DNA from: a virus
IMG/VR virus record: IMGVR_UViG_3300006149_000353
Reading direction: 5' to 3' (one strand)
Length of the DNA stretch: 47,394 bases
Shown here: piece after piece, positions 31,366 to 39,308 of the stretch
Layout: each line of letters begins with the position of its first letter
Numbering within the stretch: position 1 is the stretch's first letter
Program-made: the position numbers and the translations under genes
The notes under the pieces: model-generated
What the model saw: only the letters and a program-made list of their open reading frames with translations
Databases searched by the model: none
Told to the model about the DNA's origin: nothing

Positions 31366-31408
31366 CAAAAAGGAGGCGCCCGCATGACGTCTCCTTTTCT
31401 TTTTTTTC
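31366..31408. terminator. Terminator-like hairpin with T-runs on both strands
   Basis: AAAAGGAGGCG-loop-ACGTCTCCTTTT flanked by CAAAAA / CTTTTTTTT. It lies 28 nt upstream of the methyltransferase start. Confidence 0.45.
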
Positions 31409-31509
31409 GCCCTCGCCCCCGCCAGCGAAGTTGTCGGTCATGGGGTACCATGCCCTACCGTCCCGCCGATTCTGTCGGCATCTGCCATTTTTTCGGGCGT
31501 TAAACCCGC

Positions 31510-31544
31510 AAAAAGGAGGATACAGGGTATATCCCTGCTCCTCC
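31510..31544 (-). terminator. Rho-independent terminator-like hairpin
   Basis: Minus strand: GGAGGAGCAGGG-ATATA-CCCTGTATCCTCC followed by TTTTT. Confidence 0.55.
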
Positions 31545-31610
31545 ACATGTTACAGCATATCATAGATGCAACTCTCACAACTCTCCTCTTTTGCCGAAAA
31601 GGAGGATTTT

Positions 31611-32036
31611 TTATGCGCGCTGCCGTGCTTCCACCGTCACCGTACCCTCAGCCCTCTGCAAAACCCTGAAAATGTGCTGCTCACTGTAACACAGTCTGTA
31701 GGCAATGTCCCTGGCGCTCAGGCCGTCCAGGTATCGCATCCGCATGACCGTGCGCTCCAGCGGGCTGCTTAATGCGTCCAGGCGCGGCGCAAGATCATCC
31801 CGCAAGGATGTCAACTCGTCCAGGATGCTGTCTCTGGCCTCCTTGGCCTCGGCATAGCGGATGGCGCCGTCAGCAACCGGGTCGCTGCGCTGTCCTCCAC
31901 CTGGCATGGCGGATAAACTCTGCGTGCACTTGGCAGCCTTGCTCATGGACCGCTCCACCCTCAGCTTGGCCATGGGCAGGCGGTTAATCAGATAACGCAT
32001 ACGACGGAGATCCGGCATTTCGTGGGTTTTGACCAT
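31611..32036 (-). CDS. Sigma-like late-gene regulator (RinA/ArpU/sigma region-4 type)
   Basis: The C-terminus LERTVMRMRYLDGLSARDIAYRLCYSEQHIFRVLQRA is a sigma-70 region-4-type HTH. Located upstream of the packaging genes. Confidence 0.7.
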   Translation of the reverse strand: MVKTHEMPDLRRMRYLINRLPMAKLRVERSMSKAAKCTQSLSAMPGGGQRSDPVADGAIRYAEAKEARDSILDELTSLRDDLAPRLDALSSPLERTVMRMRYLDGLSARDIAYRLCYSEQHIFRVLQRAEGTVTVEARQRA

Positions 32037-32185
32037 ATCGATGGCTACTCCTCCTTATTTGTGACGTTTTGCGTTCGTTGTTGCAACATACTGACTGCGA
32101 TTGATGTTTATGGACTCCTTTCCGTGCCCTTGCACCACCTCCTTTCGAAAATCTATCAAAACGCCAAATTATTTTGGAAAACCCA

Positions 32186-32214
32186 TTGACAAGTACATCA
32201 AAATGATGTACAAT
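32186..32214 (+). promoter_or_regulatory. Consensus sigma-A promoter with embedded inverted repeat
   Basis: TTGACA (32186-32191), 17 nt, TACAAT (32209-32214). The inverted repeat GTACATCA-AAA-TGATGTAC (32193-32211) spans the spacer and the -10 box. Confidence 0.65.
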
Positions 32215-32263
32215 TAGAGTGTCAAAAGGGACAGGGCCTCAAGCCCGGAAAGGACGAACGACC

Positions 32264-32614
32264 ATGACGAAGGCTGAACTGATTGCCATCATCGAAGAGG
32301 TTATAGAAAGTACCGACTACGCCTATGACCACTACGGCGTTCGCACCCAGGAAGAGGAATTTTCCCTTGGCCCCATCACCCACCTGTCCAAGGTTTGGGA
32401 CGATGGCGACGAAACCGCCGAAGAGCTGGACGGCATTTGCGCCACCAACGCCGAGAATCATTCCGCCATCACCATGCACTGCTCCGACAATGCAAGCTCC
32501 GCCCATTACTTTGGCGGTCACATCGCGATCCTTGGTTGCAATGATTGCGATTATGGCGAGGACTACGGCGAGATCATCATGCGCGACGCCGATGTCCTGC
32601 ATATCATCAAGTAA
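32264..32614 (+). CDS. Highly acidic small protein (116 aa), unknown function
   Basis: Start MTKAELIAIIEEVIESTDYAYDHYG after GGAAAGGA. Very Asp/Glu-rich (WDDGDETAEELDG, CDYGEDYGEIIMRDAD). Confidence 0.7.
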   Translation: MTKAELIAIIEEVIESTDYAYDHYGVRTQEEEFSLGPITHLSKVWDDGDETAEELDGICATNAENHSAITMHCSDNASSAHYFGGHIAILGCNDCDYGEDYGEIIMRDADVLHIIK

Positions 32615-32640
32615 CCTCACCCCACAAAGGAGGCACCGTC

Positions 32641-33117
32641 ATGTCAAACATCGTTATCGCCCGCGAGTTCCGGCACATGAGCGCCATTGAGCTGGCTTCC
32701 GCCGTCAAGGTCTCCAAGCAGCAGATGAGCAACTGGGAGACAGGCCTACGCACGCCCTCCCGCGCCAACGCGGAAGCCCTGGCCGACGTCCTGGATGTGG
32801 ATGTAGCCTGGATCATGGACTGCCCGCAGACCATGGCGCTGTGGGACGGCAACGCCGGGAAGGCATACCCAGGCGAGATCATGCGGTCAGAGGCCATCGA
32901 AGGCTACGGCACCCTGTATCACGTCTATCTGACCTGCTTTGACTTTGATGCGCTTGTCGCCGTGCTGGTCAGCCTGGACGGTGTTGTTTTTACAACCATT
33001 GACTGGCAGACCTGGGATCAGCCCGCCAACGCCTCCGAGATCGCCAACTATCGCTGGATGGACACCCGTCTTCAGGATGCCGTCATGCTGGACGGCCTGC
33101 CGAGGATCCTTGCATGA
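32641..33117 (+). CDS. XRE-family HTH protein with C-terminal domain (158 aa)
   Basis: Start MSNIVIAREFRHMSAIELASAVKVSKQQMSNWETGLRTPSRANAEALADVLDV after AAAGGAGG. Confidence 0.75.
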   Translation: MSNIVIAREFRHMSAIELASAVKVSKQQMSNWETGLRTPSRANAEALADVLDVDVAWIMDCPQTMALWDGNAGKAYPGEIMRSEAIEGYGTLYHVYLTCFDFDALVAVLVSLDGVVFTTIDWQTWDQPANASEIANYRWMDTRLQDAVMLDGLPRILA

Positions 33118-33827
33118 GCCGCCGTGCCGATGACTTAACCGGCCAGGTCTTTGGCCGTTTGACGGTTATTCGCCGGGCCACGGCGGAGGACAGGGGCCGA
33201 AAGAAGGACGCGGTGCGCCACTACCTGTGCCGGTGCACCTGCGGCCGGGAGAAGATCGTGGACGGGTACAACCTGCACAAGGGCCTGTCCACCTCCTGCG
33301 GTTGCAAGAGCGCCGACACCAAGCGCGGCACGCACATCGGCAAGCATAAGGACATCGCCGGGCAGGTCTTCGGCGAGCTGACGGCCCTGTCCTTTGTCCG
33401 CCGCGATACCTGGCGCTTTGCCTGCTCCTGCGGGCGGATCGTCGAGGCGCGGCCAAGCTATGTCACGGAGCAGCTGCGCAAGGGCGTCACGCCATCATGC
33501 GGCCACGTCTTCCGGGCAGGCGCCGCCGTGCGGATGGCCGATTACCACAAAGCTGACATCCAGGATGGCGTCAGCGTTACCAAGGCCCGCCGCACCATGG
33601 CCGGGCAGCGCCGATCCACCAATACCAGCGGATGCACGGGCGTTCGCGTCCGGCATAACGCCGGCGGAGATACCTACTCGGCCAGGATTGAGTTCGGCGG
33701 GCGTTATGTGCATCTTGGCACCTTTGCCACCTTTGATGAGGCCGTCTCCGCGCGAAAGGAAGCCGAACAGAAGTACCTGGCCCCTATTGTCGCAGCGGCG
33801 GATCGGGAGGACGGAGGCAAAGCGTGA
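33114..33827 (+). CDS. Zn-ribbon repeat plus AP2-domain DNA-binding protein
   Basis: Two LTGQVFGRLTV...C.C.CG...SCGC modules, then GVRVRHNAGGDTYSARIEFGGRYVHLGTFATFDEAVSARKEAE (AP2-like). ATGA overlap with the upstream gene. Confidence 0.7.
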   Translation: MSRRADDLTGQVFGRLTVIRRATAEDRGRKKDAVRHYLCRCTCGREKIVDGYNLHKGLSTSCGCKSADTKRGTHIGKHKDIAGQVFGELTALSFVRRDTWRFACSCGRIVEARPSYVTEQLRKGVTPSCGHVFRAGAAVRMADYHKADIQDGVSVTKARRTMAGQRRSTNTSGCTGVRVRHNAGGDTYSARIEFGGRYVHLGTFATFDEAVSARKEAEQKYLAPIVAAADREDGGKA

Positions 33828-33869
33828 TGGGACGTCGGACAGGGCGGCAGCTGATTTCGCCGCCTTGGT

Positions 33870-34064
33870 TCAGTTTTGCGCCTTATGTGAGGCAATGAGG
33901 CGCATCTCGTTCAATATCTGCTTCCGATCAGCTTGTATGTTATTGATGTACATGGCGTACTCCGCTTTGAGATGCTCCTCACGTTCGTCCAGACGCGACA
34001 ATTGTTGCATCATATCTTGTACCAGCTCATCCGATCCTTTCAGAGCGACCAGCTCACGCTCCAT
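33870..34064 (-). CDS. Small coiled-coil protein (64 aa)
   Basis: GGGGAGG SD. MERELVALKGSDELVQDMMQQLSRLDEREEHLKAEYAMYINNIQ. Confidence 0.55.
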   Translation of the reverse strand: MERELVALKGSDELVQDMMQQLSRLDEREEHLKAEYAMYINNIQADRKQILNEMRLIASHKAQN

Positions 34065-34372
34065 TTACACACCTCCCCACATCGCAATCCGCCCGATCAC
34101 ATACGCAAAAACTCCTTGACGTGCTTCTGGCCAACGCGGACGGCGATTTTCTTTTCTCGAAAATCCTTCATGGTGTACATTGGCTTGTCCTCCCTTTCAG
34201 TTGTCATGGGTTGCTGATCCTGTCATCTTTGCGCCGCACGCTCATCGTCCTGGTAAGGCTCCAAATACTTGGCTTTGTCGGCAAAGAATTGCAAATACTT
34301 CATGGTGTCCTCCGTGTGCGATGGTAACATCGTATGCTGACGGATACGATGCTGATATCAGGCATTATCCAG

Positions 34373-35047
34373 TTACTCCGTCGTTTCTCCGGCCCACTGC
34401 TCCGCCATGGCCTTTGCGATACCCGCAAATGTTTTTGCTCTTATTTTTGCACTCCCTCCTTTTCGGCTTGCCCCGATGTACCGCGGATCGTGACTCTTGC
34501 TGTAGCTGCCCGACGAGCAATAAGGACGATGCTCCTGTATTATCTCTGTGGGTATCAGTTTTGGCAGGTTTTTAAGCCACAGGCATGTTTTTTTGCTCCA
34601 AGGGTGACCATACTCATAGGGCTGTATGATTTGTGTGCACGGCGGGAGCTTATATATTTTTGACGGCACTGGATTCTCCACTGCTATTTTCCCGCAGTCC
34701 GCATCCAGGAACGCTTGGAAAAAAGACTTTGCATCAAGACCGAGCTGGTATCTGCTTTCGTTGAACATTCCGCCTGCATACAGCCACCTTGCCCCGGCGT
34801 TGGAAAGATAGGTACATGGCGGATGCGCAATCAGCATGTCCCAGCGTCCGCCAATGCTGTGCTTCTTTCCGTCCATTGTCTCAAATTCGCACCTTCCGCT
34901 GATAATTTTCAGCGCATCACCGCGAATATGCCATTCAGGATGTCCTCCGCTGCATTCCTGCAAATCGCAGGAGTATGCCTCATGCCCAAGATCACGCATA
35001 GCGCATGTGACAGCTTGGCTTTCTTCGCACGCAACAAGTATTTTCAC
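34373..35047 (-). CDS. C5-cytosine DNA methyltransferase-like protein with atypical motif I
   Basis: [12 protein letters not shown] (motif IV PC-like) and AVENPV (motif VI ENV-like). The N-terminus [11 protein letters not shown] replaces the usual FxGxG. Confidence 0.6.
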   Translation of the reverse strand: MKILVACEESQAVTCAMRDLGHEAYSCDLQECSGGHPEWHIRGDALKIISGRCEFETMDGKKHSIGGRWDMLIAHPPCTYLSNAGARWLYAGGMFNESRYQLGLDAKSFFQAFLDADCGKIAVENPVPSKIYKLPPCTQIIQPYEYGHPWSKKTCLWLKNLPKLIPTEIIQEHRPYCSSGSYSKSHDPRYIGASRKGGSAKIRAKTFAGIAKAMAEQWAGETTE

Positions 35048-35050
35048 TGC

Positions 35051-35878
35051 TCAAAGCCGCTCATAGCAGTACAGCACGCCATCCACGTCGCACAGCACAC
35101 CATACCCATGCCGCCATACGTCCATGCGCTTGCGTACATGGTCGATGTGCTCCTGGGCGATGGGGAGGCCGTCGCAAACGTTGACGACACAGATATACAG
35201 ACCGGCAGCCCGTGCGGCATTCCGTTCGGCAGCCCGTGCGGCATTCCGTTCGGCATCCCATGCGGCATCCCATGCGGCATCCACTGCGGCATCACGTGCG
35301 GCAGCCCATGCGGCATCCCATGCGGCAGCCCATGCGGCATCACGTGCGGCAGCCCATGCGGCAGCCCATGCGGCATCCAATGCAGCATCCCATGCGGCAT
35401 CCAATGCAGCATCCCATGCGGCATCCACTGCGGCATCCCGTGCGGCATCACGTGCGGCATCCCATGCGGCAGCCCGTGCGGCAGCCCATGTCTCAAACAC
35501 CCTGATTCCGGCGCCGTCCGTCAGTGTGCCGTCCGGCTGAAACCACGTGATGTCCTTAAGCTCCCGCAAAAACGCCCTTACGCCCTCTAAATCGCCGCAC
35601 AGGCCGCGCCAGTCCACTCCCGTCAGCATCCCCCGCACCTTGTCCTCGTCCCAGGTGGTGTGCTGCTGGTCAATGGTCAGCTTGTCGGTAAAGGGGTTGT
35701 ACTCTGCCTTGCTCCAGTCGTCCTCGTTAAGGCCGTAGTACAGGGCGATGCTGGTATGGCTGTCGTAGCTTTGGACGGACTGGCCGTCACGGAATTTGAC
35801 GCGCTTGCGGCGGTCGGCAGCGGAAAAGTAATATAGCTTGTGATCACCATCGCTTAGAAAACTGAAAAAGTTACACAT
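35051..35878 (-). CDS. Protein with central [WR]DAA / WAAA tetrapeptide repeat array (275 aa)
   Basis: N-terminal domain [25 protein letters not shown]..., then about 24 tetrapeptide units ([27 protein letters not shown]...), then a C-terminal Cys-containing domain. Confidence 0.75.
   Translation of the reverse strand: MCNFFSFLSDGDHKLYYFSAADRRKRVKFRDGQSVQSYDSHTSIALYYGLNEDDWSKAEYNPFTDKLTIDQQHTTWDEDKVRGMLTGVDWRGLCGDLEGVRAFLRELKDITWFQPDGTLTDGAGIRVFETWAAARAAAWDAARDAARDAAVDAAWDAALDAAWDAALDAAWAAAWAAARDAAWAAAWDAAWAAARDAAVDAAWDAAWDAERNAARAAERNAARAAGLYICVVNVCDGLPIAQEHIDHVRKRMDVWRHGYGVLCDVDGVLYCYERL
35204..35489. repeat. 12-bp tandem coding repeat (about 24 copies)
   Basis: Unit GCGGCAKCCCAT and variants on the plus strand, in frame with the minus-strand gene 35051-35878. 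Confidence 0.9.
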
Positions 35879-36122
35879 GATCTTCGTCCTCCGTGTTTAT
35901 ACCCAGACGGATATAATCGCATGTCATTGAGTATTCTTCATCGTCGAAATTTCTTCTGCACGCAGGACAATACAGTATGCAATCATTAAGCGGCCCGCCA
36001 TCCACCTTCTTGGTGCGACTGAGTATTCTCCCGGTGCTGCTGACCTTATGCTGTAAACCGTACTGATAAAGGTATTCAATCATGAGATTCCCACCGCAAT
36101 CAGGGCACACAACCTTTTTCAA
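35871..36122 (-). CDS. Zinc-ribbon protein (83 aa)
   Basis: TTG start in a TTGA overlap with the upstream stop, after GGGAGG. Motifs CPDCGG ... CPACRR. Confidence 0.55.
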   Translation of the reverse strand: MKKVVCPDCGGNLMIEYLYQYGLQHKVSSTGRILSRTKKVDGGPLNDCILYCPACRRNFDDEEYSMTCDYIRLGINTEDEDHV

Positions 36123-36943
36123 TGTCGTACCTCCCACGGAAATTCCTGTCGGAAGTCGTCGTCCATCAGCGAACGGAGGCTTTCTTTCATAAAAATGGGT
36201 ACTCGGCAGCGCTTGCACTCGGCAGCGATTTCGTCAATCCATTCTTTTTTCGGAACACACTTATCCTTTCGCCGTCCCGTCTCCGCGCCAACAATCACCC
36301 AATGCATCGCCGTAAGATTCTCAATACTGCTTCTCGACATACGTTCGAGTATCGGCTCAACAGACACGAACCAGTTCACGGCAGCGTCCCAGTTATCAGA
36401 AATAAACCTCGTTCTTCCCGTGTACTGGTTTGCTTCTTGTTCGTCATTTGTTACGCTTGTCCCAATCCAGCAATCTTTTGGTAGATTGATTCCATTTTCC
36501 TGAAGTTCCTTGAAGCGCTTTGGGTTCTTCGTCAGGAACATGTATCGGTGCTGCGGTGCTTTGTCACAAGCCGCGAAAACCTCCCGAATCCATTCATCCG
36601 GCACCCACGCCCCGAAAAGGTCTGCCATGGAGCATACAAAGATTGTGCGCGGTTCAGACCACTTGCCCGGCTGATCGAGGAGATAGCGATGGAAGGTCGG
36701 AAGGAAAAACCACGGATACGGGGCCTTGCTCAGTCCATTCTTGCGCATGATGTATTTGGGCCTATCCAGACACTGAATACCGATTGCGATCTGAGTACCG
36801 ACCGGGTTCTTGTCCTCGTTGCGGTCGAAGCCACCAAAGCGATTTGCAATACCTCGAGCGTAGCAATACTCGCAGTTGTGTTGACAGCCCGTGACCGGGT
36901 TCCACGTGCTGTCGCACCAGTCGATTTTCGTTTTCTGACCCAT
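36119..36943 (-). CDS. Phage Gp37/Gp68-family (DUF5131) protein with a radical-SAM-type Cys triad
   Basis: The N-terminus MGQKTKIDWCDSTWNPVTGCQHNCEYCYA (CxxxCxxC) is characteristic of this family. 274 aa. Confidence 0.8.
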   Translation of the reverse strand: MGQKTKIDWCDSTWNPVTGCQHNCEYCYARGIANRFGGFDRNEDKNPVGTQIAIGIQCLDRPKYIMRKNGLSKAPYPWFFLPTFHRYLLDQPGKWSEPRTIFVCSMADLFGAWVPDEWIREVFAACDKAPQHRYMFLTKNPKRFKELQENGINLPKDCWIGTSVTNDEQEANQYTGRTRFISDNWDAAVNWFVSVEPILERMSRSSIENLTAMHWVIVGAETGRRKDKCVPKKEWIDEIAAECKRCRVPIFMKESLRSLMDDDFRQEFPWEVRH

Positions 36944-36955
36944 GATTTTTCCTCC

Positions 36956-38866
36956 TTATGCCGCGTTTTGTGTATTTCTGATGCCGAAGCGCTCGCAGAA
37001 AGCGCGAACGAACCGCGCGACCGCTTTATCAGGCGCACTGTTCTTCTTTCCGTGAACCTGGATGACGCGGCCGTCGCATACCTCCATGGTGAAGAAAGGT
37101 GTCGCCGTCTCTCCCTCGCGGCGGATAAAGAGAATGGCGGTTTCCCGTTTTGCGACGCGGTCGATGTAGCTACGGACGCAATGGCAAAGGGTGCTGCCTT
37201 CGTTGATCAGATCAGACGGATGGCCGGGAACCACGATGTACATACCGAAAGCATGGAAGCTATACTTTTTTCGGAGTTCTTCAGCGTAGGCTTTGATGCA
37301 GACGGACGTTCGCTCATCCTTGACCAGGTTATACCGTGCCGTTACCGTCTGATGGGCTTCCGTCAGGTTTTTAGGGAAAAGCGTTCGCTTGTTTTCCATA
37401 TCGGCACCAAGAAACGCCTGCATGGACCAAAGATCGCGAAGGGTTGTTTTGGTTCGGCTCCGATTGGCTTCCAGATAATCGCATATACGGTTTAGTGGAG
37501 CATACCGCAAAAGCACGGAAAGCGTCCTTTCCTCCGGCATGCCTGGATGCGACAGCGCGCACCAACGGCGCACATGCTCCGCGTTCGCCGTCACGCCGAT
37601 TTCCTCAAGCTTTTTGAGTACCTTCAGATCGTCAAGCCCGCCGTCCGTCGTCCTCAAAGCGCGGGAATACCGCATCAGCAGCGCGCGGTCGAAATCGGGG
37701 GTGTATCGCATATCGCTGACAAGATCAAGCGCCAGTCTGTACAAACCGCCTTTGACGATCAGTTCCAGCGACGGCATACGGAACCACCGGCGCAAGTAGA
37801 CATCAGGATAGAACGGCTTGGAAGAATGTTTGGCCAATAGATCAATGGCGGAATACTGCGCCCAGGTTCCGCGAAGTTCCTCGTTCAGCCGGCGGTCATA
37901 GAGCGAGGCCGGATGATACGCTTGATCCTTGTAGGGAATCCATGAATAAGGATTGCGGTCGTTATTTTTGTATTGACCCATCTGGAAGGTTTCGACAGCA
38001 AGCGCTTTTCCGTCGGTCTGCTTGCTTACCAGCTGGCGAACGGTTTCGCGCCAGGTGGTTTCAACAGCGGTTTTGAGCGTGCTGCCGGGAATGAATTTGC
38101 GGAACACCTCAAAGGAGCGAAGAATGAGGGTATCCGCGTCATAGCGCTGGAGGACATGGGCGTATACGCGATTGATAAACGGAATCTTTGGCATACGTCC
38201 CTTGGCCATGGCGGTGGCCGCTGTATGACAGGCTGGGCAAACGCATGGTTTGCGATCACGCAGTCCCTCGACTTCCACATGGCTGCCGCAATGGGTACAG
38301 TAGGCGGGCTGCCGCGCTTTTCCCGTATACTGATAGACCAGGCAGCGCTCTCCTGACAGCGGAACAGCATCCAGCCATGCCTCAAAATCTTTCGGCAAAG
38401 GGCGGACATGGGACATGATGGCGTCGATACGGTCAAGCACCTTGCGATGCTTGCGGTGCAGGCGGTCAGAGGTGATCTGTCGCTGGTGCCGGAGCACCTG
38501 ATCAACAGGCGGCGCGCCATCGGCATCGGAACGGAAAAAGGCGCTGACGGCCACCATGGAAAGCTGATCCGCGGCTGGTTTCCGAGAAGACCAGCCCCAG
38601 AAACCAAGCAGGGAATCCAGCATGGCGGCGCGCCATTTCCATTTCTTTTCCGTACCTTCCCACGAAGCGGAAACAAAGTCGTTTTTGTCAATGAAAGCCC
38701 GGTGGGTAAGCGTCTGGCACGCCGCGTCAAAGGCGTCCATTACCAGGAGCTTATGGCCGCGATGAATGCGGACGCGGAAGCAGACGATGCCGGCGTCGGA
38801 CGAATCGGGCGAAGGAAACGGCCTGGGCTTGGCGACGGGAAGATCAAGCAAGCCTTCTTTACGCAT
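36956..38866 (-). CDS. PcfJ-like protein
   Basis: Start MRKEGLLDL after GGAGGG. The C-terminus LINEGSTLCHCVRSYIDRVAKRETAILFIRREGETATPFFTMEVCDGRVIQVHGKKN matches the PcfJ-domain pattern. Internal CTHCGSHVE...CVCPAC zinc ribbon. Confidence 0.75.
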   Translation of the reverse strand: MRKEGLLDLPVAKPRPFPSPDSSDAGIVCFRVRIHRGHKLLVMDAFDAACQTLTHRAFIDKNDFVSASWEGTEKKWKWRAAMLDSLLGFWGWSSRKPAADQLSMVAVSAFFRSDADGAPPVDQVLRHQRQITSDRLHRKHRKVLDRIDAIMSHVRPLPKDFEAWLDAVPLSGERCLVYQYTGKARQPAYCTHCGSHVEVEGLRDRKPCVCPACHTAATAMAKGRMPKIPFINRVYAHVLQRYDADTLILRSFEVFRKFIPGSTLKTAVETTWRETVRQLVSKQTDGKALAVETFQMGQYKNNDRNPYSWIPYKDQAYHPASLYDRRLNEELRGTWAQYSAIDLLAKHSSKPFYPDVYLRRWFRMPSLELIVKGGLYRLALDLVSDMRYTPDFDRALLMRYSRALRTTDGGLDDLKVLKKLEEIGVTANAEHVRRWCALSHPGMPEERTLSVLLRYAPLNRICDYLEANRSRTKTTLRDLWSMQAFLGADMENKRTLFPKNLTEAHQTVTARYNLVKDERTSVCIKAYAEELRKKYSFHAFGMYIVVPGHPSDLINEGSTLCHCVRSYIDRVAKRETAILFIRREGETATPFFTMEVCDGRVIQVHGKKNSAPDKAVARFVRAFCERFGIRNTQNAA

Positions 38867-39308
38867 GGTCAAGCCCTCCAAGATCAAACAAGGATAATTG
38901 CCCGTCGATCTGCTTACGGTTGAACGGGGGTGGAGCAGGCTTCTTATTCTCCTTTGCTGCCGGGGCGGCGCAAGGCTTTTCAACGTGTTTTTCCGTGCGG
39001 ACGGCCGGTGTGGCTGCTGTCAGAGCCTTGCTGATTTCCTCGCGGTCGGCCCGAAGGTAGTCCAGGGCGAAACCGTAAACGGTTTCGTCCGGCAGGCCTC
39101 CGCTTTTTCCGCTGAGCGCCTTGCGAGCGCGGGAAACGATGTAGCGGCCCATTTCCTGCACGGTACGGTCTTCCAGTTCCGCCTGAGCGGCAAGCTCTTC
39201 GTCAAGAACATCGGACAGATGCTTGACGATCAGGAGCATCATTGCTTGATTGTCGGTGAGATTTTTCGCCTGATCGTTCAGTTTGGCGCGTGCGGTATCA
39301 ATCGACAT
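38859..39308 (-). CDS. PcfK-like protein (the family that includes anti-CRISPR AcrIIA9)
   Basis: LTDNQAMMLLIVKHLSDVLDEELAAQAELEDRTVQEMGRYIVSRARKALSGKSGGLPDETVYGFALDYL fits the PcfK-like pattern. Located directly upstream of PcfJ. Confidence 0.65.
   Translation of the reverse strand: MSIDTARAKLNDQAKNLTDNQAMMLLIVKHLSDVLDEELAAQAELEDRTVQEMGRYIVSRARKALSGKSGGLPDETVYGFALDYLRADREEISKALTAATPAVRTEKHVEKPCAAPAAKENKKPAPPPFNRKQIDGQLSLFDLGGLDHA

Noticed and set aside
35044-35540. Alternative-frame ORFs through the 12-bp repeat ([15 protein letters not shown]..., [11 protein letters not shown]..., AARAAFRSA...)
   Set aside because: Any frame of a perfect 12-nt repeat stays open. Only the minus-strand frame of 35051-35878 has non-repeat N- and C-terminal domains, and it abuts the neighbouring genes with no spare room for another ORF.
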